From: Clostridia bacterium
Lineage (GTDB): Bacteria; Bacillota; Clostridia; RUG12999
Length of the DNA stretch: 46,194 nt
Assembly: GCA_045644605.1 (NCBI GenBank)
Contig: JAZRHB010000056.1
Coordinates: 1-46,194 of the forward strand
Reading direction: 5' to 3'
Under the pieces are notes generated by a model, which did not search any database, was not told the origin of the DNA, and saw only the letters and a program-made list of their open reading frames with translations. The position numbers were made by a program, and so were the translations under genes. This document shows, in pieces, positions 14,532 to 24,204 of this stretch; position 1 is the first letter of the stretch, and every line of letters starts with the position of its first letter.

Positions 14532-16769
14532 ATGCTTTGTTCACGATGCGGAAAAAATATAGCAGTAGTATTTTTAGGCGACGGAAATAACCCATCGGCA
14601 CCTGCGCAGGCACTTTGTGTTACCTGTGCAAGAGAGCTTGGGATTCCGCAGGTCGATAAAATGATACAACAGCTGGGTCTTGACCCGGAAGAAATAGAAA
14701 AAGAAATGAGCGCTCTTATGGAAAATATGGGAGATATGGATTTGAGCGAGCTTGAAAATATGAATCCTACAGAAATGATGGAAAAACTGCTTGGCGAAAC
14801 CAGTATGGAAGATGCTTCTGTGGGTCAGTCTGAGCAGAAAGATAAAAAGGATTCAAAAAAGAAGAATAAGGATAAACCGAAGTTTCTTGAAGAATACAGC
14901 GTAAACCTTACAAAAAAGGCAAGAAACGGTGAAATTGACAGGATTATCGGCAGAAACACCGAGATTGCACGTGTAATCCGTGTGCTTAACAGACGTAACA
15001 AAAACAATCCTGTTTTAATTGGTGAGCCGGGTGTTGGTAAAACTGCCATTGCGGAAGGTCTTGCTCTTCGTATAGAAGAAAAGGATGTGCCCGCAAAGCT
15101 TTTCGGATATGAGGTATTTCTTGTGGATTTTGCGGCGCTTGTTGCGGGAACACAGTTCCGAGGTCAGTTTGAAGCAAGACTTAAAAAACTGATTGATGAA
15201 GTGAAAGTGCGCGGAAATGCAATACTCTTTATTGACGAAATTCATAATATTGTCGGTGCGGGCGATACCGAAGGCGGCGCAATGAGTGCGGCAAATATAC
15301 TGAAACCTGCTCTTGCAAGAGGGGATATTCAGGTAATCGGTGCAACAACACTTGACGAATATCGCAGAAAAATCGAAAAAGACCCTGCGCTTGAACGCAG
15401 GTTCCAGCCGGTATTTGTTGACGAACCGTCGGTTATGGACAGTATTGAAATTTTAAAGGGAATTAAAGATTATTACGAGGATTATCATCAGGTAAGTATA
15501 AGTGATGAGGTAATAAAATCGTCTGTGCTTCTTTCCGAAAGATATATTCAGGACAGATTTTTGCCCGACAAGGCAATTGACGTAATTGACGAAGCGGCAT
15601 CAAAAGTAAATCTTGAAAACAGAGTGCTTATTGATATAAAGCTTATTGATGAAAAGTTAAAGGCACTTGAAGAAAGGCGTCAGGAAATAGATGCCGAGGA
15701 TTATGAAAAAGCGGCAGAACTTAAAAAGCTTGAATGTCAGTATAATGATGAATTAGTGCGCCTTAACGGCGGTGAAAAAATAAAACCCGTAACAGTTGAT
15801 GATATTGCAGAAGTAATTGAAATGTGGACAAAAATTCCTGTTCATAAGCTTACGGAAGTGGATTCCAAAAAGCTTTCCGAGCTGGAAGAAAATCTGCATA
15901 AGCGTGTTATCGGACAGAATAAGGCGGTTGAAGAGGTTTCCCGCGCGGTACGCCGAAAACGTGCAGGTATTGAAGTTAAACGCAAACCTGTTTCATTTAT
16001 ATTTGCGGGTCCTACAGGCGTTGGTAAAACCGAGCTTGTAAAAGCTCTTGCCGAGTGCGTGTTTGGTTCTGAAGATGCACTTATCCGTGTGGATATGTCG
16101 GAATATATGGAAAAACATTCCGTTTCAAAGCTTATCGGTTCGCCTCCAGGATATGTAGGCTATGACGAAGCAGGTCAGCTTACCGAACGAGTACGCAGAA
16201 ATCCGTATTCCGTAATTCTTCTTGATGAAATTGAAAAAGCACACGAAGATGTGTTCAACATATTCCTGCAGGTGCTTGACGACGGCAGAATTACCGATTC
16301 ACAGGGAAGAGTAATCAATTTTGAAAATACAATTATTGTAATGACAACAAATGCAGGCTCGCAGCTTTCGGCAGGTAATATGGGATTTGAATCCGAAAGC
16401 GGGGTGGGCCGTTATGAAAAGGTTTTAAGCCAGATGTTCCGCCCGGAATTTATCAACAGAATTGATGAAATTGTGGAATTTGAATATCTTGAAAAAGATG
16501 AACTTTTGCAGATTGTTTCGCTTATGCTTTCTGACCTTGTGAAAGGTCTTTCGGAAAAAGGCATTATGGCAGAAATAACAGATGAGGCAAAATCACTTGT
16601 TGTGGAAAAAGGCTATAAACGCAAATTCGGTGCACGTCCGATGCGCAGAATCATTATGAAACATATTGAGGACGAAATTGCAAAGCTTATCATAACCGGT
16701 GCGCTTGCAGATGCGGATAAAATAATGGTTGATGCTGTAAATAATGAATTTGTGCTTAAATATGAATAA
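14532..16769 (+). CDS. Two-ring Clp/Hsp100 ATPase (ClpC-like) with an N-terminal zinc ribbon
   Basis: Start MLCSRCGK with SD GGAGG. CxxC...CxxC N-terminus plus acidic/K-rich linker. D1 Walker A GEPGVGKT, UVR-like EDYEKAAELKKLE, D2 Walker A GPTGVGKT, ClpP-docking-like NMGFES loop. Confidence 0.9.
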   Translation: MLCSRCGKNIAVVFLGDGNNPSAPAQALCVTCARELGIPQVDKMIQQLGLDPEEIEKEMSALMENMGDMDLSELENMNPTEMMEKLLGETSMEDASVGQSEQKDKKDSKKKNKDKPKFLEEYSVNLTKKARNGEIDRIIGRNTEIARVIRVLNRRNKNNPVLIGEPGVGKTAIAEGLALRIEEKDVPAKLFGYEVFLVDFAALVAGTQFRGQFEARLKKLIDEVKVRGNAILFIDEIHNIVGAGDTEGGAMSAANILKPALARGDIQVIGATTLDEYRRKIEKDPALERRFQPVFVDEPSVMDSIEILKGIKDYYEDYHQVSISDEVIKSSVLLSERYIQDRFLPDKAIDVIDEAASKVNLENRVLIDIKLIDEKLKALEERRQEIDAEDYEKAAELKKLECQYNDELVRLNGGEKIKPVTVDDIAEVIEMWTKIPVHKLTEVDSKKLSELEENLHKRVIGQNKAVEEVSRAVRRKRAGIEVKRKPVSFIFAGPTGVGKTELVKALAECVFGSEDALIRVDMSEYMEKHSVSKLIGSPPGYVGYDEAGQLTERVRRNPYSVILLDEIEKAHEDVFNIFLQVLDDGRITDSQGRVINFENTIIVMTTNAGSQLSAGNMGFESESGVGRYEKVLSQMFRPEFINRIDEIVEFEYLEKDELLQIVSLMLSDLVKGLSEKGIMAEITDEAKSLVVEKGYKRKFGARPMRRIIMKHIEDEIAKLIITGALADADKIMVDAVNNEFVLKYE

Positions 16770-16846
16770 ATTTTAATAGCTTGTTCATAATTTCGTCAAA
16801 TTTAAGTAGTATAATGAATGCAAAAGAAGAAACCGGAGGTACAAAT

Positions 16847-18088
16847 ATGTCTGAATATAATGATTATAAATGGTTTGATGAAAACGAAGACAATAAAGAA
16901 CAAACGACTGTGCATTTTTATACTGAAACAGCAACGGAGAATAAAAAAGAAAAAAGGAAAAACAGAATGAAAAATATCTTTATGGTTGTAATGGCGGCTG
17001 TTATGCTGACGAGTGTTGCAACAACGGGATATGTTCTGTATGAAGATGAAATAAAAGGGACTGTATCCAATATTGAAAGAAAACTTTCAATTGGCGATCA
17101 GGAAACTTCGTTTAAATTTCAGCAGCTTACTGATGGCGAAAAAGCACCGATGTCAACTGTTGATATTGCCACAAACGTAGGTCCTGCGGTTGTAGGGGTT
17201 TCAACATCTACACAGTATATGTCTTTCTTTGGTCAGGTTTATGAACAGGAAGGCAGCGGCAGCGGTATCATCATAAGCAGTGACGGATATGTTGTAACAA
17301 ATAATCACGTTATTGAAAATGCAAAAAGTATTGCAGTAACACTCAATACCGGTGAGGAATATTCCGCAACTCTTGTGGGAACAGATGCAAAAACCGACCT
17401 GGCTGTGCTTAAAATAAGTGCAAATGATTTGACGGTTGCATCCCTTGGTGATTCTTCTGTATGCGCTGCGGGTGAGCTTGCGGTTGCAATAGGAAATCCG
17501 CTTGGACAGGAGCTAGCCGGAACGGTAACGGTTGGTGTTATAAGTGCAGTTAACAGAACTATTCAGGCCGATGACGGTACCAACATGGTTCTTCTTCAAA
17601 CCGATGCGGCAATAAACCCGGGTAATTCGGGCGGTGCTCTTGTAAATGGATACGGCGAGGTTGTTGGTATAAACACAATGAAGTTTTCCGGCAGCGGTGT
17701 TGAAGGAATAGGATTTGCAATTCCGATAAACACGGCAAAACCTATAATTGCAGACCTTATTGCAAACGGTTATGTAAAAGGCAGACCGCTTATCGGAATT
17801 TCGCTTCGTGAAATTTCGTCCGAGCTTGCCGCTGTAAATGATATGCCTGCGGGGCTTTATGTTGCAGATGTATCAAAAGGCGGTGCGGCAGAAAAAGCAG
17901 GAATCCAGAAAGGTGATATAATTGTTGCTGTTCAGGATAAAATTGTTGAATCGGCAAAAGAAGTAAATGAAATAAGGGATAAATATGTTGCGGGTGATAC
18001 AATAAAAATTGAGGTATCGCGTGACGGACAGAAAAAGCAGTTCAATGTGGTACTGCAGGAAGATACAACATCAAGAGTTTCAAACTAA
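16847..18088 (+). CDS. HtrA/DegP family serine protease with PDZ domain
   Basis: TM anchor, catalytic triad contexts TNNHVI, TDLAVLK and GNSGGAL, C-terminal PDZ (GIQKGDIIVAV). ATG at 16847 follows GGAGG. Confidence 0.92.
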   Translation: MSEYNDYKWFDENEDNKEQTTVHFYTETATENKKEKRKNRMKNIFMVVMAAVMLTSVATTGYVLYEDEIKGTVSNIERKLSIGDQETSFKFQQLTDGEKAPMSTVDIATNVGPAVVGVSTSTQYMSFFGQVYEQEGSGSGIIISSDGYVVTNNHVIENAKSIAVTLNTGEEYSATLVGTDAKTDLAVLKISANDLTVASLGDSSVCAAGELAVAIGNPLGQELAGTVTVGVISAVNRTIQADDGTNMVLLQTDAAINPGNSGGALVNGYGEVVGINTMKFSGSGVEGIGFAIPINTAKPIIADLIANGYVKGRPLIGISLREISSELAAVNDMPAGLYVADVSKGGAAEKAGIQKGDIIVAVQDKIVESAKEVNEIRDKYVAGDTIKIEVSRDGQKKQFNVVLQEDTTSRVSN

Positions 18089-18106
18089 ATCTTTAATTGC
18101 AAATAA

Positions 18107-18151
18107 ATAAAAAACAGGCTGTGATGCACATTGAACACAGCCTGTTTTTTT
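18107..18151. terminator. Bidirectional rho-independent terminator
   Basis: ACAGGCTGTG/CACAGCCTGT 10-bp stem flanked by an A-run and a T-run, between convergent genes. Confidence 0.85.
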
Positions 18152-18647
18152 ATGGTATTCTGACACCTTGTATATGTATAAACCTTACGTTTTTATATTC
18201 ATAATCGGAAAGGCGTTTCATATATGAGGCAAATGAATGGGATGCCACGTATATTGTGTTTTCGGTGGGGAAACCGTCGGTTTTTACAACAATTACGGAA
18301 TGATAAAAGTGCATATTTTCGTCACCAAGCTGAACAACATCACCCGGCATCATTTCGCCGGCGTCGGTTTCTTTACCGAATATAGCAAGACCTTTGTTTG
18401 ACACTAAAAAATGGTGCAGATATTTTGTGCCCGTCCATGACGGGCTTTTATTATTTGCATTTATATAATACCAGCCATAAGTGGGAGTGTAGTTCATTAT
18501 GCCGCTGCCGGCGTAAAGGCATTGCGATACGAAATTAGTACAGTCACCGCCAAGGTCGTGGTAATAATAATATTCCGGATTTTTGGAAAATGCCCATTTT
18601 TGTGCATAGGCAGCAGCTTTTCTTCGGTTATATCCGATTATTTCCAT
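18150..18647 (-). CDS. Putative amidase-domain protein (Amidase_6-like)
   Basis: 165 aa. YNRRKAAAYAQKWA...GGDCTNFVSQCLYAG...HSV matches the Cys/His papain-like 'putative amidase domain' pattern. Confidence 0.7.
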   Translation of the reverse strand: MEIIGYNRRKAAAYAQKWAFSKNPEYYYYHDLGGDCTNFVSQCLYAGSGIMNYTPTYGWYYINANNKSPSWTGTKYLHHFLVSNKGLAIFGKETDAGEMMPGDVVQLGDENMHFYHSVIVVKTDGFPTENTIYVASHSFASYMKRLSDYEYKNVRFIHIQGVRIP

Positions 18648-18655
18648 ATTGCCTC

Positions 18656-19375
18656 CTACAAAAGCTTGCTTATTTCTTTTTTTAACCGCTGAAGTATCTT
18701 TTTTTCAAGACGCGATATGTATGACTGGGAAATCCCCAGCATATCGGCAACCTCTTTTTGTGTTTTTTCGCCATAACGTGTAAGACCAAAGCGCAGCTGC
18801 ATTATTGTCTGTTCACGCTCGGGAAGTTTGCTTATTGCTCCGAGAAGAAGCTCGCGGTCGGTTTCTTCTTCTATGTTACGGCTGATAATATCGTTTTCTG
18901 TTCCGAGAATATCACAAAGCAGAAGCTCGTTACCATCCCAGTCGATGTTAAGCGGTTCTTCTATTGAAACCTCGGTGCGTATATTACTGACTTTGCGCAG
19001 GTGCATCAGGATTTCGTTTTCTATACAGCGTGATGCGTAGGTGGCAAGCTTGATGTTTTTATCGGGATTGAATGTATTGATTGCTTTTATCAGACCGATT
19101 GTACCTATGGAAATCAAATCTTCAAGATTGATTCCGCTGGTTTCAAATTTTTTGGCTATGTAAACTACAAGTCTTAAGTTTCGTTCTATAAGGGTATTTC
19201 GTGCCTGAATGTCATTGGTTTTAAGCTGTGACATAAGAGTGGCTTCTTCTGTAGGTTCAAGTGGTGGGGGAAGAACATCACTTCCGCTTATATAAAAAAT
19301 TTCTCTTGAATCTTCCGGATAGAAAAATTCAAGAATTTGCCTTACTTTCTTTTGTAGAAATGTTATAATGTCCAT
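18656..19375 (-). CDS. sigE: Sporulation sigma factor SigE (pro-sigma-E)
   Basis: 239 aa. Pro-sequence ending ...[12 protein letters not shown], region 2 [22 protein letters not shown], region 4 [21 protein letters not shown]. Immediately downstream of spoIIGA. Confidence 0.95.
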   Translation of the reverse strand: MDIITFLQKKVRQILEFFYPEDSREIFYISGSDVLPPPLEPTEEATLMSQLKTNDIQARNTLIERNLRLVVYIAKKFETSGINLEDLISIGTIGLIKAINTFNPDKNIKLATYASRCIENEILMHLRKVSNIRTEVSIEEPLNIDWDGNELLLCDILGTENDIISRNIEEETDRELLLGAISKLPEREQTIMQLRFGLTRYGEKTQKEVADMLGISQSYISRLEKKILQRLKKEISKLL

Positions 19376-20261
19376 TTAAGTCATCCTTTCCATAAATGAT
19401 ATCGGGGTTTAAAATTGCACTATATTTGAGCTTGCCGGGATAAACGGCAATAACGCAGCGGATATCTCGCGGTTTATCTGATGTTTCTACGCTTGCCTTT
19501 TCGGGCACAAAGCCAATAAGAATACCGTTTTTTGTGCCTATTGCACTATAAGAAACAAGCCGGATTTTTTCTGCCCAGGCTACATTACTTCCTGAGATTG
19601 CACCTGAAATATTTCCGGTTTCAATGGCGCTGGCAATATTTTTCGGAAGAATAGCGGCTATAGCCGAAACCTGAACAACACAAACGGGAAGTCCGTGTGA
19701 ATAAAGGCTGTTTCCCGTGTCGATAATACCATAAATTTCAACTGCCTTACCGCTTTCAAAAACAGTAAGTTTAGCTATTATCCCGCGTTTTTGTAAATTT
19801 TGGCGAAGATAATGTATACCCCATCTTAAAATTGCGGTAATGATTGCCGTAATGATAAGAAGCTTTAGTATGGGCAGGTCAATATAAAGACTTCCGCCCG
19901 ATAAAAGCACATCTGTTTTTGCACCGAAATCCGTGAAATACAAGGCGGCGGTTATGCCGCCTGCAAAAATAAAGTTAACGGCATAAAAAATGCCGAGAAC
20001 AAATAAAAAATCCTTGAAATTCTTGAGCCGGAATGCAATGAGTACAAGAAGCGCAGATACAACTGTTTTTATTACTGCCGACTGAAAAAAAGAAAGTCGT
20101 GGAAAGAAAATACACACACTGTATATACCACCTGCAAGGCAGGCAAGAAAAAAACGCAGTTTGTGAATTCGTTTTCCTGACAGACGGGCGGATATATAAA
20201 AAAGCATAAAATCTATTAAAAAGTTTATTATAAACAATACGTCTATATAAATAACAGGCAT
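19329..20261 (-). CDS. spoIIGA: Sigma-E processing peptidase SpoIIGA
   Basis: 310 aa. Five or so N-terminal TM helices, aspartic protease motif IIDTGNSL. The 3' end overlaps the sigE start by 47 nt. Confidence 0.92.
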   Translation of the reverse strand: MPVIYIDVLFIINFLIDFMLFYISARLSGKRIHKLRFFLACLAGGIYSVCIFFPRLSFFQSAVIKTVVSALLVLIAFRLKNFKDFLFVLGIFYAVNFIFAGGITAALYFTDFGAKTDVLLSGGSLYIDLPILKLLIITAIITAILRWGIHYLRQNLQKRGIIAKLTVFESGKAVEIYGIIDTGNSLYSHGLPVCVVQVSAIAAILPKNIASAIETGNISGAISGSNVAWAEKIRLVSYSAIGTKNGILIGFVPEKASVETSDKPRDIRCVIAVYPGKLKYSAILNPDIIYGKDDLNGHYNISTKESKANS

Positions 20262-20394
20262 TTTTTCCTCCGGATAGATGTGATAACTTTAGTATAACAT
20301 ACTTTTTATGGAAAAAATGTAAAAAAATGTATAAGACGAATAAATAAACAATGGATGCAGATAATATAATTATTATTGCAAGGTTGGTGAAAAT

Positions 20395-21072
20395 ATGAGC
20401 GAAGAAAAAAACGAAGATATAAAAAGTGCGGACAAGGAAAATGTGAAAGACCTTGGCGTAACAAGAATGAGCGGCAGACACGGCAATATATATTGCATGA
20501 CTATTATAGGACAGATTGAAGGACATATGGTAATGCCGTCCGAAAATAAGACAACCAAATATGAGCATATTATTCCGCTTCTTCTTGCAATTGAAGAAGA
20601 TTTAAGCATTGAAGGACTTATTATTCTTCTTAATACGATGGGCGGCGATGTGGAGGCGGGACTTGCCATTGCAGAGCTTGTTTCGGGGATGAGCAAGCCA
20701 AGCGTTTCTCTTGTTGTAGGCGGAGGACACAGCATTGGTGTGCCTCTTGCCGTATCAGCAAACTATTCATTTATTGCACCGTCGGCAACAATGACGGTGC
20801 ATCCTATAAGAATGAACGGAACGGTAATAAGTGTTCCGCAAACATTTGATTATCTGCAGAAAACTCAGGAACGGGTAACGAACTTTATTGCCGAACATTC
20901 AAAAGTGGATAAAAAAACACTGAATAAACTGATGTTTACGACATCGGAGCTTGCCAATGATACAGGCACTATTATGTATGGGGAAGATGCTGTAAAATAC
21001 GGTATAATTGACGAGGTTGGCGGTGTGCACGATGCACTTGAAAAACTGAGCGAACTTATTAAAAAAGCATAG
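20395..21072 (+). CDS. tepA: ClpP-fold translocation-enhancing protein TepA
   Basis: IYCMTIIGQIEGH...NKTTKYEHIIP...LNTMGGDVEAGLAIAE...GGGHSIGVPLAV is near-collinear with B. subtilis TepA as I recall it. Confidence 0.88.
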   Translation: MSEEKNEDIKSADKENVKDLGVTRMSGRHGNIYCMTIIGQIEGHMVMPSENKTTKYEHIIPLLLAIEEDLSIEGLIILLNTMGGDVEAGLAIAELVSGMSKPSVSLVVGGGHSIGVPLAVSANYSFIAPSATMTVHPIRMNGTVISVPQTFDYLQKTQERVTNFIAEHSKVDKKTLNKLMFTTSELANDTGTIMYGEDAVKYGIIDEVGGVHDALEKLSELIKKA

Positions 21073-21118
21073 CGAAAGCTGTGCTTTTTTAATTGTGGAA
21101 ACATTTTCAAAAAAAAGC

Positions 21119-21147
21119 TTGATATTTTATCAAAAGTATGATAAAAT
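21119..21147 (+). promoter_or_regulatory. Sigma-A-like promoter (TTGATA-17-TAAAAT, extended TG)
   Basis: TTGATA at 21119-21124, 17-nt spacer ending TGA, TAAAAT at 21142-21147, 39 nt upstream of the ATG at 21186. Confidence 0.5.
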
Positions 21148-21185
21148 GTAGATACACACAAATATATATTTTGGAGGTATGAATT

Positions 21186-21596
21186 ATGGTAAAATTTATC
21201 ATTGGTGCAAAAGGCAGCGGAAAGACGAATAAACTTATTGAAAGCGTTAACGAAGCTGTAAAAATAGATAAAGGTCAGTTGGTGTTTATTAACGACAGTA
21301 AAAGACATATGTTTGATTTAAATCACAAGGTTCGTCTTGTTGATACACAGGAATTTGCTCTTAAATCCTATGAAGCATTGTACGGACTTGTTTGCGGAAT
21401 CATTTCTCAGAATTATGATATTTCAAATATCTTCATCGACAGTATTACAAAAACTGTTACAAATGATGATTTTGCAGCTGCAGGTGATGTTATTGACGCT
21501 ATTGCGGCAGTTTGCGACAAACATGGTGTTGATTTAACGGTAACTGCAAGCATTGAAACTGCTGCAGCTCCGGAGTTTGTTAAAAAATATCTTTAA
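21186..21596 (+). CDS. Minimal stand-alone P-loop NTPase (136 aa), function unknown
   Basis: Walker A GAKGSGKT at residues 7-14, Walker B-like NIFIDS. SD GGAGG upstream. Terminator-like GC hairpin at about 21619-21650. Confidence 0.7.
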   Translation: MVKFIIGAKGSGKTNKLIESVNEAVKIDKGQLVFINDSKRHMFDLNHKVRLVDTQEFALKSYEALYGLVCGIISQNYDISNIFIDSITKTVTNDDFAAAGDVIDAIAAVCDKHGVDLTVTASIETAAAPEFVKKYL

Positions 21597-21669
21597 TTAA
21601 CAGCTTGTCTATGAGTATGCGTGCCGCGCAACCGCGGCGCGCATTTTTAGCGAAACGGAGGAATTTTTG

Positions 21670-23157
21670 ATGATATACCAGAGCACAAGAAATAACGAGC
21701 TTGAAGTAAAAAGCGCACAGGCAATTGTTGCGGGTCTTGCGCCGGATGGCGGACTTTTTATTCCGAAAGAAAAACCGCAGATTTCTATTGACGATATCAA
21801 ACGTCTTGCGGAAATGAACTACAAAGGTCGTGCCTGCGGCGTGCTGAGCCTGTTTTTATCAGACTTTACGTCTGAAGAAATTGAAAATTGCGTTGAAAAT
21901 GCATACAGCAAAGAAAAGTTTGAAACAGAATCAATTGCACCGCTATATGGTCTTAAAGACGATGCATATATTCTTGAACTGTGGCACGGTCCTACGTGCG
22001 CGTTCAAAGATATGGCACTTCAAATTCTGCCGCATCTTCTTACAACCGCAATGAAAAAAACAGGTGTTGATAAAGAGGTTGTTACTCTTGTTGCAACATC
22101 GGGTGATACAGGTAAAGCCGCTCTTGAAGGATTTGCCGATGTAGAAGGAACAAAAATTATTGTATTCTTCCCGGATGACGGTGTAAGCGAAATCCAGAAG
22201 CTTCAGATGGTTACACAAAAAGGAAATAACGTTCTTGTTTCAAGCGTTAAAGGTAACTTTGATGATGCGCAAAGCGGTGTTAAGAAAATATTTGGTAACG
22301 AAACTTTTTCCGAGGAGCTTTCAAAAAAAGGGTATCAGCTTTCTTCCGCAAACTCAATTAACTGGGGCAGACTTGTGCCGCAGATTATTTACTACATTTC
22401 CGCATACTGCGACCTTATGAAATCGGGTGCTATTGAAGTGGGCGAAGCAGTTAATATCTGTGTTCCCACAGGTAACTTTGGTAACATTCTTGCTGCATGG
22501 TATGCAAAACAAATGGGTCTTCCGGTTGCAAGACTTATTTGTGCATCAAACGAAAACAACGTCCTGACAGATTTTATCAACACAGGTGTTTATGATAAAA
22601 ACCGTGAGTTTAAAACAACAATCTCACCGTCTATGGATATTCTTATTTCAAGTAACCTTGAAAGACTTCTGTATGATTTGTCGGATGCAAAACAGACAAA
22701 AGAATATATGTTCCTGCTTTCAGCAGCAGGCAGATACGAAGTTTCTGCTGAAATAAAACACGCTATAAGAGAAAACTTCTTTGCAGGATACTGCGACGAC
22801 GCAGATACAAAAAATACTATAAATAAGGTATGGAACGAAAACAGTTATCTTATGGATACACATACAGCAGTTGCATATACTGTTTATGAAAACTATAAAA
22901 AAGCTACGGGCGACGAAACAAAAACAATTATTGCATCAACAGCAAATCCGTTTAAATTCAACAGCAGCGTACTTGGTGCAATAAGCGAAAGTGCGGTTGT
23001 TTCTGCAAGCGAATTTGAAATGCTTGAAAAGCTTTCCGATATAACCGGTCAGAAAGCACCGGATTCACTGGCTACTCTTTCGGAAAAAGAAATCCGTTTT
23101 GACGGAAAATGCGAAAAACAGGATATGCAGTCTGTAGTTGAAGGTTTCCTTAATTGA
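21670..23157 (+). CDS. thrC: Threonine synthase (long form)
   Basis: MIYQSTRN N-terminus, PLP-lysine context PTCAFKDMALQ, full-length similarity to the ~495-aa ThrC class. The ATG at 21670 is preferred over the TTG at 21667. Confidence 0.93.
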   Translation: MIYQSTRNNELEVKSAQAIVAGLAPDGGLFIPKEKPQISIDDIKRLAEMNYKGRACGVLSLFLSDFTSEEIENCVENAYSKEKFETESIAPLYGLKDDAYILELWHGPTCAFKDMALQILPHLLTTAMKKTGVDKEVVTLVATSGDTGKAALEGFADVEGTKIIVFFPDDGVSEIQKLQMVTQKGNNVLVSSVKGNFDDAQSGVKKIFGNETFSEELSKKGYQLSSANSINWGRLVPQIIYYISAYCDLMKSGAIEVGEAVNICVPTGNFGNILAAWYAKQMGLPVARLICASNENNVLTDFINTGVYDKNREFKTTISPSMDILISSNLERLLYDLSDAKQTKEYMFLLSAAGRYEVSAEIKHAIRENFFAGYCDDADTKNTINKVWNENSYLMDTHTAVAYTVYENYKKATGDETKTIIASTANPFKFNSSVLGAISESAVVSASEFEMLEKLSDITGQKAPDSLATLSEKEIRFDGKCEKQDMQSVVEGFLN

Positions 23158-23166
23158 TATGTAAAA

Positions 23167-23197
23167 AGCGTTCCTTGCTTAAAGGGAACGCTTTTTA
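23167..23197. terminator. Bidirectional rho-independent terminator
   Basis: AGCGTTCC/GGAACGCT stem between an A-run and a T-run. Lies between thrC (+) and the DUF1540 gene (-). Confidence 0.8.
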
Positions 23198-23203
23198 AGA
23201 AGG

Positions 23204-23377
23204 TTAGGAGCGAAGCTCAAAAGTTGAACAACAGGTATCTTCCTTATTGGTTGAATTCTGATGGTCAACCTGAATTGATTTTGCGTGGCATTTGCCGCTT
23301 TTGTCGTGATATACACAGTTCGATACGCTACAGTAAATGCCGCTTATTACTTCGTTTTTGTTATCATTTTCAAACAT
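23204..23377 (-). CDS. DUF1540-like small Cys-rich protein (57 aa), absent from the ORF track
   Basis: Minus-strand ATG at 23377 is preceded by GCAGGAGGA. Translation: MFENDNKNEVISGIYCSVSNCVYHDKSGKCHAKSIQVDHQNSTNKEDTCCSTFELRS, with the C-x4-C-x-YH...C-HA...I-V...T-CC-TF pattern typical of DUF1540. Confidence 0.75.
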   Translation of the reverse strand: MFENDNKNEVISGIYCSVSNCVYHDKSGKCHAKSIQVDHQNSTNKEDTCCSTFELRS

Positions 23378-23465
23378 TTTTATATCCTCCTGCTTTAAAT
23401 AAGGAACTTTAGTTCCTTTGGTATGATACCCAAGCAGTAATTTGATTATTCAGCGGAGGGCGATT

Positions 23466-24149
23466 ATGTCGTTATATGTAATGGCCGATTTCCATTTGTG
23501 TTTTGGCGCAAACGATAAGCCAATGGATATTTTTGGCAAAAAATGGGAAGGCTATATGGAGAAAATTGAACATTCTTGTAAGTGTCTTAAGGAAGAAGAT
23601 ACGCTTGTTATTCCCGGGGATATTTCCTGGGCAACATATCTTTCATCCTGTGTGGAGGACCTTAAGTTCATTGATGCACTTCCCGGCAGAAAAATTATTT
23701 CCAAAGGAAACCACGACTATTGGTGGACAAGTGCAAAAAAGCTTGGCGAAATGAAAGAAAAGTACGGACTAAAGTCCATACATTTTTTGCATAACAATTA
23801 TTATATGTATGAAGATATCTGCCTTTGCGGAAACAGAGGATGGGTTGCCGGCGGCGGTGCGGATGATAAGAAAATTTACGACCGCGAGCTTATGCGTCTT
23901 GAATTTTCGCTTAAAAGTGCACCCGCAGAAAATGAAAAAATTGTGTTTACACATTTTCCGGTGGTGTCCGGAAATGTAGTGGATAATAATGTACTTGCGC
24001 TGCTTGTAAAAAATAATGTTAAACGTTGTTATTACGGGCATCTTCACGGAATTGAAGAAGGAGAAGCACCCGAAGGCAAGCTTCACGGGATTGAATTTAA
24101 GCTTGTTTCTGCCGATTATCTGAATTTTATACCATATAAAATAATTTGA
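23466..24149 (+). CDS. Metallophosphoesterase
   Basis: MSLYVMADFHL (DxH), IPGDISW (GD), KGNHDYWW (GNHD), THFP, YGHLHG. Start at 23466 with SD GGAGGG. Confidence 0.88.
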   Translation: MSLYVMADFHLCFGANDKPMDIFGKKWEGYMEKIEHSCKCLKEEDTLVIPGDISWATYLSSCVEDLKFIDALPGRKIISKGNHDYWWTSAKKLGEMKEKYGLKSIHFLHNNYYMYEDICLCGNRGWVAGGGADDKKIYDRELMRLEFSLKSAPAENEKIVFTHFPVVSGNVVDNNVLALLVKNNVKRCYYGHLHGIEEGEAPEGKLHGIEFKLVSADYLNFIPYKII

Positions 24150-24204
24150 CAAACGGGATTTGCTATTATATAATTGAAATATAAAGAAACTGGAGGAGAA
24201 AAAT

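Noticed and set aside
20334-20340. AGACGAA as a possible Spo0A box (TGTCGAA) upstream of spoIIGA, plus a 10-bp tandem AAAAAATGT repeat at 20312-20330
   Set aside because: Both the first and third positions differ from the TGTCGAA consensus, and there is only one copy. A-tract repeats are common in this AT-rich intergenic DNA. The evidence is not enough to call.
23224-23412. 62-aa plus-strand ORF from the ORF track
   Set aside because: It lies opposite the DUF1540-like gene, which has a strong SD and a conserved Cys pattern. The plus-strand ORF starts with TTG, has no SD and runs through the opposing gene's promoter region.
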